Shown here one piece after another: positions 28,574 to 38,065 of a DNA stretch of 64,000 bases. A program made the translations under genes and the position numbers. Where the stretch lies: positions 1 to 64,000 of IMG/VR virus record IMGVR_UViG_3300027708_000022; one strand, 5' to 3'. This DNA is from a virus. The notes below the pieces were generated by a model. It was given only the letters and a program-made list of their open reading frames with translations. It was not told the origin of the DNA and did not search any database. The stretch's first letter is position 1. Each line of letters begins with the position of its first letter.

Positions 28574-29461
28574 TTATGCAGTATAGGAACCGGAAGAATT
28601 AAACTGTAGGATTGTGTTGAATCCAAATACGGTAACTGTTGGTGAACCTGTAGTTATACCTGTGTAACTTGATGTAGCGATTGAAATTATAACTACACCT
28701 GAACCGCCTGTACCGCCGCCAGCATTTGGTTGTCCAGCCGAACCACCGCCACCGCCACCTCCGCCTGTATTTGCAGTTCCATTACCGGTTGCAACGGCGG
28801 GTGAGTTACTGCCACCAACACCACCACCGCCGGCACCAGCTGCGCCACCGGGATACGGTATCGCCGAACCTCCGGCGCCGCCGCCGCCGGCATATGTTAC
28901 ACTTGTTCCTGTAATTGAAGATGATTTTCCAGCTCCACCATTTCCACCACGACTATTAAATACTGCGTTTCCACCAACAGCACCGGCACCGCCGCCGCCT
29001 CCTCCGAGGCCATAAGTCGCATTGTCACCTGTACCTGTTCCTCCAGTATTACCTTGTCCGGTTATTCCTGAACCGCCGGGTTGACTAGTGTTGGTTCCAC
29101 CACCACCTGATGCACCAGAAGAACCTTGGCCAGAATATCCCATGCCGCCGCCGCCACCTAATGCATATAAAGCTGGAGTTAAATAAGTTAACGATCCGTT
29201 AACTCCCGGTACAGAATTGCCTGGTCCACCTGTACCGCCTCCACCTATTGTGGCAGTGTAAGTTGTGCCGGATACCAAATACATTGTCATAGCTAAAAAA
29301 CCACCGCCACCACCACCGCCGCCACAATTATATCCACCACCACCACCACCGCCTACAACTAGTACATCGGCTAAAATAGCAGGTGCAACAGCATTTTTAA
29401 TTGTAGAAATTGATGACCTTATGGAACTTATGGATACACCAGTTGCACTCTTAATACTCAT
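28574..29461 (-). CDS. Glycine-rich adhesin-like protein (paralog 1)
   Basis: LVVGGGGGGG...GGGGGGG...ANTGGGGGG...GGSGVVII. Confidence 0.75.
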   Translation of the reverse strand: MSIKSATGVSISSIRSSISTIKNAVAPAILADVLVVGGGGGGGYNCGGGGGGGGFLAMTMYLVSGTTYTATIGGGGTGGPGNSVPGVNGSLTYLTPALYALGGGGGMGYSGQGSSGASGGGGTNTSQPGGSGITGQGNTGGTGTGDNATYGLGGGGGGAGAVGGNAVFNSRGGNGGAGKSSSITGTSVTYAGGGGAGGSAIPYPGGAAGAGGGGVGGSNSPAVATGNGTANTGGGGGGGGSAGQPNAGGGTGGSGVVIISIATSSYTGITTGSPTVTVFGFNTILQFNSSGSYTA

Positions 29462-29799
29462 TAGGTAATCTCCGAACCAAATGCTGAGAATGATATGTTG
29501 GAATTTGGTGTGTTAGCGGCTAATACCATACCAGCATTTCCTGTTAGACCAACAGTCAAGAAAATTGTATCTGATCCTGCTAAATTAGCATTTCTAACTA
29601 AAAAAGTTGCGGCTGGAGCTGCAGCATTAAACTGTGAAGAATCCATCAATGCAAGGCTATATGTCGTTGAGTTTGCACCTTGATTACAAATAGCAACAGT
29701 AGAGATTACCGATTGTGTTGCAGCTGGTATGACATACACATTCGTTTGTGTGTTTGCACTTGGGTAGATAGCGCCTAATCGTTTATAGGTATTTGCCAT
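29461..29799 (-). CDS. Small beta-rich virion protein
   Basis: MANTYK...YVIPAATQSVI; paralogous to 37096..37422. Confidence 0.7.
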   Translation of the reverse strand: MANTYKRLGAIYPSANTQTNVYVIPAATQSVISTVAICNQGANSTTYSLALMDSSQFNAAAPAATFLVRNANLAGSDTIFLTVGLTGNAGMVLAANTPNSNISFSAFGSEIT

Positions 29800-29800
29800 T

Positions 29801-30169
29801 TTACATTCCTGATAACATTAAAATATTTGGTAGTGGATCGGTAACTAATGCGGCTGTTGTGACTGCACTAACACGACCATTAGCTTCTAGTGTGAGTGAT
29901 GGAATGGCAGTAGCATTACCATATACTCCTGATACTATTGTGATTCCAGTTGCATCGGTATTTGCTTTAGCGAATGCTGAGTTGGCATATACACCAGCAG
30001 AATTAGCTGTGGTGAATGCTGAGTTGGCATACGATGCTGCTGAGTTGGCAATTGCAGGTGGTAACAGACCACTAACTAGTTTTGTTGCTGTGATTGTATT
30101 ATCCGCAATATCAGCGGCGATAACTGTGCCGTCTGTGATTGAATCTGCTGTTATTCTATTGAGTGCCAT
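29801..30169 (-). CDS. Short fibre-like protein
   Basis: IADNTITATKL, ANSAASYANSAF repeats, GVYGNAT.IP.LTLEANGRV, hydrophobic C-terminus. Confidence 0.7.
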   Translation of the reverse strand: MALNRITADSITDGTVIAADIADNTITATKLVSGLLPPAIANSAASYANSAFTTANSAGVYANSAFAKANTDATGITIVSGVYGNATAIPSLTLEANGRVSAVTTAALVTDPLPNILMLSGM

Positions 30170-30183
30170 TTATTTGTTCTCTG

Positions 30184-30354
30184 TTAAGCTAATTGCTCGT
30201 CTGTTGGTCTAGCTAACGTAGGATGATTCCACTCACGGATGTAATCCCCACGACCATCTGAATCGTTCTGTAGCACGATAGTGCCAGAAAACGGATTGAA
30301 ATCCTCTGGAGTGAGTGTGGGGTATAACTTGATAATTTTGTCGTATAAAGACAT
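30184..30354 (-). CDS. XkdW-like small tail protein (56 aa)
   Basis: Not in ORF track; MSLYDKIIKLYPTL...LQNDSDGRGDYIREWNHPTLARPTDEQLA; TAATG coupling to upstream gene. Confidence 0.75.
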   Translation of the reverse strand: MSLYDKIIKLYPTLTPEDFNPFSGTIVLQNDSDGRGDYIREWNHPTLARPTDEQLA

Positions 30355-30950
30355 TATGCGCTCCTAATCATTGCGCCAGAAAAAACTCTAAAACCAGAAT
30401 TTGAACCGATTGATAACGATCCAGCAGAAGATTGATAGCCATAAACTTCAATATAATCAGTAGACCCATTGCAATAAATAATTGCACTTCCGCAGGAAGA
30501 TACTTCTACTGACGCACTTAAAGCTACGTTTGTAGTATCTGTATTTCTAACACCATTTTTCCAAAAACTAGCTAACAAAACACCTGATGACGCCCCTGTG
30601 CCGTGTACATATACGTTAAATTGATAATACCCAGCAACGGTAGGTGTAAAACGGTAATTAGTAGTGCTGAAATTTGTATTCGTGTCAAACACTTTTGTAT
30701 CAAAAATTATTTTTGTAAACGTAGCAGAGGCGGCTGCTGTGTAAGCAGAACCATACGCCGCAAACGCTGGCGCACCGGATGAAGTTGGATTATTAAAAGC
30801 AATCCAACTAGATGATACTGTGTCATACCACTCAGGCAATCCTGTTGTGGAATTCTGACGAGTCATACCAGTAGCTGGTGCTGCAGGTCGCTGTGCCGTA
30901 GTACCAACGGGGAGTTTTAGGTAATCGGTGCCTTGAACATCAAGTGCCAT
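30354..30950 (-). CDS. C1q/TNF-like domain fibre-tip protein
   Basis: LPVGTTAQRP N-motif; PAFAAY...KIIFDT..FDTN.NF....RFTPTVAGYYQF...DYIEVY...FSG. Confidence 0.75.
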   Translation of the reverse strand: MALDVQGTDYLKLPVGTTAQRPAAPATGMTRQNSTTGLPEWYDTVSSSWIAFNNPTSSGAPAFAAYGSAYTAAASATFTKIIFDTKVFDTNTNFSTTNYRFTPTVAGYYQFNVYVHGTGASSGVLLASFWKNGVRNTDTTNVALSASVEVSSCGSAIIYCNGSTDYIEVYGYQSSAGSLSIGSNSGFRVFSGAMIRSA

Positions 30951-30966
30951 TTCTAATCCTTTATTA

Positions 30967-31323
30967 TTATTCTGGTAATACTACTTCAACCCAATTTAAT
31001 GTTTCTTCGTTCCAAGTATATACTTTACCATCTGTAGGCATTGCAACTGGTGCATCCCACAAGCAAGTTGTGTCATTGAGTGTCCATGAAGCATATGGTT
31101 TGGGCGGGATGAAAGCATCACGACCAGCATCATATGAGTAACCGATACCAGCATAGTTTTTTCTTAATGGTGTGCCACCATTTGCATGAACACCACCGTG
31201 AGTGTTATAACTGGTTTGAATCCATGCACCGGGACTTGAGTCCACGAATGTATTGAAAAACTCTGGTTCAGCCACGATGACTTGAACCACTTTAGAATCT
31301 ACAACTTTAGCAAAATGTGCCAT
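30967..31323 (-). CDS. Conserved tail-fibre-associated protein
   Basis: MAHFAKV...WIQTSYNT...RKNYAGIGYSYD...DAFIPPKPYASW...WDAPV; follows the Gly-rich genes; CATAAATA promoter at 31355. Confidence 0.7.
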   Translation of the reverse strand: MAHFAKVVDSKVVQVIVAEPEFFNTFVDSSPGAWIQTSYNTHGGVHANGGTPLRKNYAGIGYSYDAGRDAFIPPKPYASWTLNDTTCLWDAPVAMPTDGKVYTWNEETLNWVEVVLPE

Positions 31324-31375
31324 GTTTAATTTCTCCGTAATTAATTATATAAAGTATTTATGTTCGTTTGGTTTG

Positions 31376-32377
31376 TTAAGCGGTAAATGTACCGGATGAT
31401 GTGAAGGTATGTATAGTATTTCCAGCAGAACTGGTTACGGTACCGCCTGTACCACGCTGGCCGCCTGCATAAGAGATGATGACCACGCCGCTTCCACCTG
31501 CACCACCTGCAAATGTCGATGTGCTTCCAGCGCCGCCACCACCACCACCAGTGTTTGCTGTGCCTGCCGTTCCAACTGATGTTACACTTCCCGCGCCACC
31601 GCCGCCATTGCCCCCTGCTCCAGCCAATCTAGTATCAACAACACCACCCCCTCCACCTGCGTAGAAAGTAGAAGCTCCGGATATTGAGCTAGATACACCT
31701 ACACCACCAACCGCAGCGGCTGCATAAGTTCCTGCAACACCAACTGCTCCTGCTCCACCGCCAGAACCCGTAGCACTAAAGGTTGTTGCGTCTGAATAAC
31801 CAGAACCGCCAGCAAAACCTTGCCCAGAAGTACCCGCACCACCAGCAAAGTTACCCGCACCTACAGACGAGCCGCCGCCGCCAGAACCACCTGCTAACCC
31901 TACCGTTGCAACAGACCCGTTATAACAACCACCGCCGCCACCACCTACTGTTGTTACTAGCGAGCCAAGTAACGAGCTGGAACCGTTTGCCCCCAAGTTT
32001 CCACCAGCAGCGCCACCTGCGCCACCTGCGCCAACAGTAATTGCAAATGAAGCACCAGAATATAGCGTAGTAGTGCCGGTTAATAATCCGCCAGCACCGC
32101 CGCCGCCGCCGTAACGAGCGCCACCGCCACCACCGCCAGCTACAACCAAATAAGTACTTGTATAAGCATTGATCGCACCCCATGCACCTGCCGCATATAC
32201 TTCAATCACATTATTTGCTGTATTGAATCTAATAGCCCCGTTTGCTCCCGATGGCCTCTGTGCTGTATTGCCAGATGGGAGTGTGAATGCTCCAGTTAGT
32301 GTTATGTTACCACCGGTGTTGGCTGTTGAACCATCTGGATATGTTATACCACCTGAGCCACTAATTGAAATTGCCAT
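31376..32377 (-). CDS. Glycine-rich adhesin-like protein (paralog 2)
   Basis: LPSGNTAQRP motif plus YLVVAGGGGGG Gly-rich domain ending IHTFTSSGTFTA. Confidence 0.75.
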   Translation of the reverse strand: MAISISGSGGITYPDGSTANTGGNITLTGAFTLPSGNTAQRPSGANGAIRFNTANNVIEVYAAGAWGAINAYTSTYLVVAGGGGGGARYGGGGGAGGLLTGTTTLYSGASFAITVGAGGAGGAAGGNLGANGSSSLLGSLVTTVGGGGGGCYNGSVATVGLAGGSGGGGSSVGAGNFAGGAGTSGQGFAGGSGYSDATTFSATGSGGGAGAVGVAGTYAAAAVGGVGVSSSISGASTFYAGGGGGVVDTRLAGAGGNGGGGAGSVTSVGTAGTANTGGGGGGAGSTSTFAGGAGGSGVVIISYAGGQRGTGGTVTSSAGNTIHTFTSSGTFTA

Positions 32378-32394
32378 TTGTTATTCCTAAATCT

Positions 32395-33417
32395 TTAAGC
32401 TGTGTATGTACCTGATGAGGTAAACTTCAATATTGTATTCGCACCACTAACTGTTACATTAGGTGATCCTGTGTAATTGTTGGAACAGATTGCTGTTGGG
32501 ATGGATAGAATGATTACACCAGAGCCACCTGCGGCTCCAGCTGCAGGAGAACCTCCACCGCCGCCGCCACCGCCGCCTCCAGTATTCACGGTTGCAGCAG
32601 ATCCATTTCCGTTACCACCTCCTGCACCGCCGCCACCGGATCCGCCGGCTCCACCAGAAGGACCTGAATATCCTCCGCCACCACCGCCGGCGTAAGTAAC
32701 AGCAGAACCTGTAATAGAACTATTAGCACCAGCACCACCAGCACCACTTGAAGATGTACCGCCTGCGCCACCAACGGATCCTGCACCTCCGCCGCCACCT
32801 GTGCCATAAGCCGATGTTGCACCATTAACTCCGCCATTATTACCTTGTCCTGGAGTTCCAAGACCAGCTGGTTGATTTCCTGCAAATCCACCAGATGCAC
32901 CACCACCAGAACCTCCTGATTGCCCAGATGTGATGTTATTTAATCCGCCAGTTTGAGTACCTCCACCACCGCCACCAATAGAAGTTACGGAACCAAATAC
33001 TGAATTTGTACCATTTGCGCCGTTTAAAGCCGCACCACCGCCAGCACCACCTGAACCAACAGTAATTGTGTATGCTGTTCCAACGGTTATCGTAGTGGAG
33101 TTTGCTAATAAACCGCCAGCGCCACCACCACCGCCATAATTGTTACCACCACCGCCACCACCTGCAACCACCAAGTAGCTGATATTAATTGTTGGGTTAT
33201 TCCCTACAGCAAACCAATTGTCAACAGCAGGAACATAATACTCTGCATAACCAAGAGTTGTATTGTACCGAATAGCAGGTGATGCTAACCCTGTTGGCCT
33301 CTGTGCAGTCGTTCCTGCCGGTAACTGAAATGCACCAGTCGGAGTCGCACTGCCAGTTGCAGCTGAACTGTTATCTGGAAATGTAATACCTGCGGTTGGA
33401 TCTAAAACTATTGGCAT
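32395..33417 (-). CDS. Glycine-rich adhesin-like protein (paralog 3)
   Basis: LPAGTTAQRP plus Gly-rich domain ending ILKFTSSGTYTA. Confidence 0.75.
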   Translation of the reverse strand: MPIVLDPTAGITFPDNSSAATGSATPTGAFQLPAGTTAQRPTGLASPAIRYNTTLGYAEYYVPAVDNWFAVGNNPTINISYLVVAGGGGGGNNYGGGGGAGGLLANSTTITVGTAYTITVGSGGAGGGAALNGANGTNSVFGSVTSIGGGGGGTQTGGLNNITSGQSGGSGGGASGGFAGNQPAGLGTPGQGNNGGVNGATSAYGTGGGGGAGSVGGAGGTSSSGAGGAGANSSITGSAVTYAGGGGGGYSGPSGGAGGSGGGGAGGGNGNGSAATVNTGGGGGGGGGGSPAAGAAGGSGVIILSIPTAICSNNYTGSPNVTVSGANTILKFTSSGTYTA

Positions 33418-34463
33418 TATGCTGTGTATGTACCAGAAGAAGTAAATTTCAGAATTGTATTTGCACCACTCACCGTTACAGTAGGTGATCCTGTGTATGT
33501 ATTAGAGCATTGGGATGTTGGTATGGATAGAATGATTACACCTGCACCACCAGCGCCACCACCACCGCCACCACCGCCGCCTCCGCCACCCAAGTTTGCA
33601 GTTCCTGTAGTACCTGTACCACCGGTAGATCCTGCGCCACCACCGCCTGAACCAGCAGTTCCTCCAGTATTTCCATCACCACTATTTCCACTACCGCCAC
33701 CGCCGCCAGCATAAAGTATAGATGACCCTGTTATAGAATTTGATAATCCAGGACCACCAGCACCAGAAACCGTTGAACTAGGTGGATTTGATCCAGCGCC
33801 ACCGGCGCCACCACCACCGCCTGATGGGTAAGCTGCTGTTGATATTCCATTACTACCGCCGTTGCTACCTTGGCCACTAGTGCCTGAACCTCCTGGATAT
33901 ACACCAGTACTAGCTCTACCAGCACCACCACCTGATCCGCCGGCACCAGCATTATTGGTATTAATATCACCGCCTCGACCGCCACCAATTGTTGTTGTAA
34001 AAGAACCAAATACTGAATTTGAACCGGATGTTGATGCTGAACCTCCTGCACCAACAGTTATAACATATGTTGTGCTAGCAGTTAATGTCGTAGAGTTTGC
34101 TAATAAACCACCAGCACCACCTCCACCACCATTATTTACTCCACCGCCACCACCTGCAACCACCAAGTAACTAATATTTACAGTTGGACTATTTCCAACA
34201 TTGAACCATCCTGCATATACTGAACTGTAATATTCCATCACACCTAAGTCAGTATTGAATCTGATAGCCTCAGTTGTTAATCCTGTCGGTCTCTGTGCAG
34301 TATTACCAGATGCAATTAGAGTCTGGCCATTAGCACTATCAGATATTGTTATCTCACTAGTGACTGCTGGTAGTGTGAATGTGATTGTGCTGACTGCATC
34401 ATTAGCAGTTATAACAGAATATCCACGAGCAGAAGGGTTGCGAAATCTGAAACTGTTTGCCAT
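33417..34463 (-). CDS. Glycine-rich adhesin-like protein (paralog 4)
   Basis: SGNTAQRP plus Gly-rich domain ending ILKFTSSGTYTA. Confidence 0.75.
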   Translation of the reverse strand: MANSFRFRNPSARGYSVITANDAVSTITFTLPAVTSEITISDSANGQTLIASGNTAQRPTGLTTEAIRFNTDLGVMEYYSSVYAGWFNVGNSPTVNISYLVVAGGGGGVNNGGGGGAGGLLANSTTLTASTTYVITVGAGGSASTSGSNSVFGSFTTTIGGGRGGDINTNNAGAGGSGGGAGRASTGVYPGGSGTSGQGSNGGSNGISTAAYPSGGGGGAGGAGSNPPSSTVSGAGGPGLSNSITGSSILYAGGGGGSGNSGDGNTGGTAGSGGGGAGSTGGTGTTGTANLGGGGGGGGGGGGAGGAGVIILSIPTSQCSNTYTGSPTVTVSGANTILKFTSSGTYTA

Positions 34464-34466
34464 AAT

Positions 34467-35534
34467 TTATGCTGTGTATGTACCGGATGAGGTGAATGTA
34501 TGTATAGTATTTCCGGCCGATGTGGTGACATTACCACCTGTACCCCGCTGTGATCCTGCGTAAGAGATAATTACAATCCCTGAACCGCCTGTACCTGTAC
34601 CAGAATTCTGCCAACTTGGATTATTAAAACCTCCACCACCGCCGCCACCGCCTGTATTAACAGTACCAGCAATTGGACCAGAAGCATATGCACCTGCTCC
34701 ACCGCCACCTGTTCCGCCGGAACCATTAGTCACACCTCGATTATCACCACCACCACCGCCACCACCTGCGTAAGTTACAGCAGTACCAGAAATTGAACTG
34801 TTTGCACCAGGTCCTCCATTACCAGCAGCAGGTGTCGTTGCAGCAACACCAACACCTCCAGCACCGCCTCCACCGCCAGCACTTGTGGCTGTTCCAACAC
34901 CAATTGTACCAGCTCCTCCAGCAAAACCTTGTCCTGATGTGCCTGAACCACCTGCCGAACCTGGACTTGGAGTATAACCACCACCACCACCAGAACCACC
35001 ATTAGAACCAACACCGGTGGCGTTACCGCCACCACCACCACCAATAGCAGTAACGCTACTAATTACTGAGTTTGCACCAGAAGTTCCGTTAGTTGTTGTA
35101 ACAGCTGTACTTCCAGCACCTCCAGCTCCAACGGTAACAGTATAAGGTACTCCAACATATAAAGATGTTGTAGAAGAAAGTAAACCTCCAGCACCGCCAC
35201 CAGCTTGACCACCACCACCGCCGCCGGCTACAACAAGATAGTTAACTGTGTAAGAATTGATTGCACTCCATGCCGTTCCATTATAAGATTCAACTACATT
35301 TGTTGTCGTGTTGAATCTAATAGAACCATTTGCTGCTGATGATGGTCTCTGTGCTGTATTACCAGATGCGATGATTGTTGCACCTGTGTTAGCTGCATAC
35401 CCTGTGTTTGCTACTGAGTATGTTGCAACACCATTTGCAGCAGGGATTGTTAGATAGGTTGTATTTGCACTATCGACAGCAGTAATAACAACTGTGCCGC
35501 CTAATGTAGAGTTTAAACTTATTGAACCAGCCAT
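34467..35534 (-). CDS. Glycine-rich adhesin-like protein (paralog 5)
   Basis: SGNTAQRP plus Gly-rich domain ending IHTFTSSGTYTA. Confidence 0.75.
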   Translation of the reverse strand: MAGSISLNSTLGGTVVITAVDSANTTYLTIPAANGVATYSVANTGYAANTGATIIASGNTAQRPSSAANGSIRFNTTTNVVESYNGTAWSAINSYTVNYLVVAGGGGGGQAGGGAGGLLSSTTSLYVGVPYTVTVGAGGAGSTAVTTTNGTSGANSVISSVTAIGGGGGGNATGVGSNGGSGGGGGYTPSPGSAGGSGTSGQGFAGGAGTIGVGTATSAGGGGGAGGVGVAATTPAAGNGGPGANSSISGTAVTYAGGGGGGGDNRGVTNGSGGTGGGGAGAYASGPIAGTVNTGGGGGGGGFNNPSWQNSGTGTGGSGIVIISYAGSQRGTGGNVTTSAGNTIHTFTSSGTYTA

Positions 35535-35549
35535 GTTATACCTTTTCCA

Positions 35550-36491
35550 TTAAACCACAATCCAATTGGCACCATTGCTTATATTGACTGTTATGCCACT
35601 ATTGATGGTAATTGGTCCAGCCGATAATGCGTTATATCCAGTTGAGATTGTGTAGTTTGCAGTAACAGTATTAGCATTCAAAAAGAATACTGTGTCATTA
35701 CCACCACCAGTTGCACCACCACCAATTGAACCCCATGCGGATGTTGTGTATCCTTCAAACTGTCCAGTTGTTGAGTTATAGCGAATTGAACCAGATGTAC
35801 CTGATGGTCTCTGTGCTGTTGTGCCTGCTGGTAAAACAACCGCACCAACACCGTTTGCACTCTTAAAGTCTAGTTGTGCAGCAGTGATACTTCCGTTTGC
35901 AATCGTGGCACTAGCAGTTCCTACAGCAGTCACACGACCGTTTGCGGCCAATGTAAGTGTTGGGTATACTGTTGCGTTACCGTATACACCAGCACTAATC
36001 GTAATACCAGTAACATCTGTATTAGCAACAGCAAATGCAGAATTGGCATATGATGCTGCTGAGTTTGATGTAGCACTTGATGTGTTAGCTGTGGTAAATG
36101 CTGCATTTGCTTGAAAAAAGGATGCATTAGCAGTATTCCATGCAGTTGCATTATTGTTAGCTAAACCTCCTGATAATTTTGACGGAGTTACTTGACCATC
36201 ACCAATCTGTGCCGTTGTAATATTTGTGTATGAAATTGTTGCTGTTGAACGGTAAATAACAACAATATTATTAGAACCAGACGATGGTGCTTCTGTGAAT
36301 GTTAGTAAACCAGCTGCAACAGAATAGGAATTAATCGGATCTTGTTGAATACTATTAACAAGAACTTCTAATGTGTTTGCATCGTCAGTTGTTCTTGTTA
36401 ATGTAAATTGTGTGCAAGCACCAGTACCATTGAAACGGTCAAGGCCAAACACATAATTAGTTAAACCTGGTTGATTGCCCAAATATGACAC
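35550..36491 (-). CDS. Fibre-like virion protein
   Basis: MSYLGNQP, FNGTGACTQFTL, ANSAF repeat, LPAGTTAQRP, C-terminal NALSAGPITINSG.TV. Confidence 0.75.
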   Translation of the reverse strand: MSYLGNQPGLTNYVFGLDRFNGTGACTQFTLTRTTDDANTLEVLVNSIQQDPINSYSVAAGLLTFTEAPSSGSNNIVVIYRSTATISYTNITTAQIGDGQVTPSKLSGGLANNNATAWNTANASFFQANAAFTTANTSSATSNSAASYANSAFAVANTDVTGITISAGVYGNATVYPTLTLAANGRVTAVGTASATIANGSITAAQLDFKSANGVGAVVLPAGTTAQRPSGTSGSIRYNSTTGQFEGYTTSAWGSIGGGATGGGNDTVFFLNANTVTANYTISTGYNALSAGPITINSGITVNISNGANWIVV

Positions 36492-36494
36492 GAT

Positions 36495-37085
36495 TTATAC
36501 CTTTTTTAATTTACTAAGATGGCCAGTTTCTTTTACTTTATGCCATTGATTAGTGGTTTTCATTTTTATTTTTTCTCTATACTCATCATTTATATAATTT
36601 TTTAATCTTCCAAAAACATAACCATTATCCAAATACATTTGGAAATTTTCTGGTTTAATCCTACAACCAATTTCACCATTATTCATCCATTTCATACCAG
36701 TAATAATTTTGGATATTTTTTCGTACATACCGGCCGGCATAACTTGTTTTGATCTGGCTATTCTTAACTTCTCTCTAGATTCTTTTGTATGATACCCAAC
36801 ACCTTCACCACCAATAGTTAAATTTAAACATTTAATATCATTTTCAACTAAATCAACTGTTACATATTTTCTTTCTAATTCAAAAATATACTCTGTTGTG
36901 CCATAACATAATATTTCATATTTGAAATTTTCTTTACCGTATTTCTTATATGTATTATTAAGTTTTATTCCGGAACCCCAATAAAAACCATTCTTATAAC
37001 CTCTTTGTGTCCAACCGTTATGTTTGCCAATATAGTATTCACCAGTTATATTGTTGGTTATCTTATATAGGTGGCATACGGACAT
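36495..37085 (-). mobile_element. Free-standing GIY-YIG (Seg-like) homing endonuclease
   Basis: LYKITNNITGEYYIGKH...YWGSG...KKYGKENFKYEIL...E...NL..GG.G, HTKESREKLR, KWMNNG. Confidence 0.88.
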
Positions 37086-37095
37086 TATTTTATCC

Positions 37096-37422
37096 CTATG
37101 CGATTTCTAGTACTGATACGATTACATCAGCTGAGTTCGCAACAGATGTTTGTACTTGCATATAGTCACCTGCTTCCATAACTAATTTTTGGTCTCCACC
37201 AACAGGTACTAATGCACCACCATTTGAAATTACAGCACCCTGTAGCATGAAATATGTTGTTCCGCCAGATACAATGGTCACATTAGCACTAATTGGAGAC
37301 AATGAAGTATTACCAATCGTCATACCGATGATTGTTGCTTGGGTTGCTGCTGGTGTAACATATGCATTTGCAGCTGTAGTCGATGCATTTTTCAAAAAAT
37401 AATTCTTGAAGGAATTTGCCAT
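37096..37422 (-). CDS. Small beta-rich virion protein
   Basis: MANSFKN...YVTPAATQATIIG...GGDQKLVMEAGD...DVIVSVLEI. Confidence 0.72.
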   Translation of the reverse strand: MANSFKNYFLKNASTTAANAYVTPAATQATIIGMTIGNTSLSPISANVTIVSGGTTYFMLQGAVISNGGALVPVGGDQKLVMEAGDYMQVQTSVANSADVIVSVLEIA

Positions 37423-37446
37423 CTTTTTAGTCCTTTATTATATCTT

Positions 37447-37454
37447 TATTTATA
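37447..37454 (-). promoter_or_regulatory. Late promoter
   Basis: Exact TATAAATA upstream of the 37422 gene. Confidence 0.7.
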
Positions 37455-37458
37455 CTGA

Positions 37459-37833
37459 TTAACCTAAGGCAATTGAAAAAGCAACAGCCTGGTCTATAAT
37501 TTGTTGAGCACCACCGCCTGTGATTACTCCAATATTTGCTGCATTTGTTACATTAGCATTAAACACCGTAATAGTATTTCCTGATGCTGTTGAAAAAGAT
37601 AATGTAACAACATTACCTGTTGTGATATTTGCTGTATTTGCATACAGAGTATTGATAGAAGCTGATGTTCTTACATTTAAACTCGAACCTGTTCCTGCGA
37701 CTTCAAGAATAGTGTTCGCAGTAAATGTTGCACCGTTACCATTCGTCAAAGTGTTTGCGGTTGCAATTAAATCTTGCGTAGCAATCAACCATTGTTGAAA
37801 GGTATTAGAGGTCGTTAGTTGGGTAATCGCCAT
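37459..37833 (-). CDS. Short fibre-like virion protein
   Basis: NTFQQW N-motif; C-terminal AVAFSIALG. Confidence 0.68.
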   Translation of the reverse strand: MAITQLTTSNTFQQWLIATQDLIATANTLTNGNGATFTANTILEVAGTGSSLNVRTSASINTLYANTANITTGNVVTLSFSTASGNTITVFNANVTNAANIGVITGGGAQQIIDQAVAFSIALG

Positions 37834-38063
37834 TATTTGATGCCTCTGATTTGAGCAATTTCACGCAACAGGTCTTTGATTTCAGACATTTCTTCTTCTA
37901 TCTTGGCTAATCGTTGTTTGGTTTCAATCTTTTCAGACTGTTCTTTTTTTGCAATATCTCGCTTCTGATAGTACTCTTGAAGCCCATTCATATCTGTATT
38001 TAGAACCGCTTTGGAAGTCATATCACGGATCAAATTATCATGGTCGGTTACTTTTGCGTACAT
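37833..38063 (-). CDS. Conserved small coiled-coil protein
   Basis: KV..H.NLIRD..SKAVLN.D...EMSEIKDLL. Confidence 0.7.
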   Translation of the reverse strand: MYAKVTDHDNLIRDMTSKAVLNTDMNGLQEYYQKRDIAKKEQSEKIETKQRLAKIEEEMSEIKDLLREIAQIRGIK

Positions 38064-38065
38064 AG

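Noticed and set aside
28693-35044. Many Pro-rich plus-strand ORFs and alternate-frame ORFs
   Set aside because: Shadows of GGN glycine codons in the adhesin genes; no independent start signals
25114-36491. Diversity-generating retroelement or shufflon acting on fibre genes
   Set aside because: No reverse transcriptase or invertase in the window, no repeat pair differing only at adenines, and all cassettes are co-oriented
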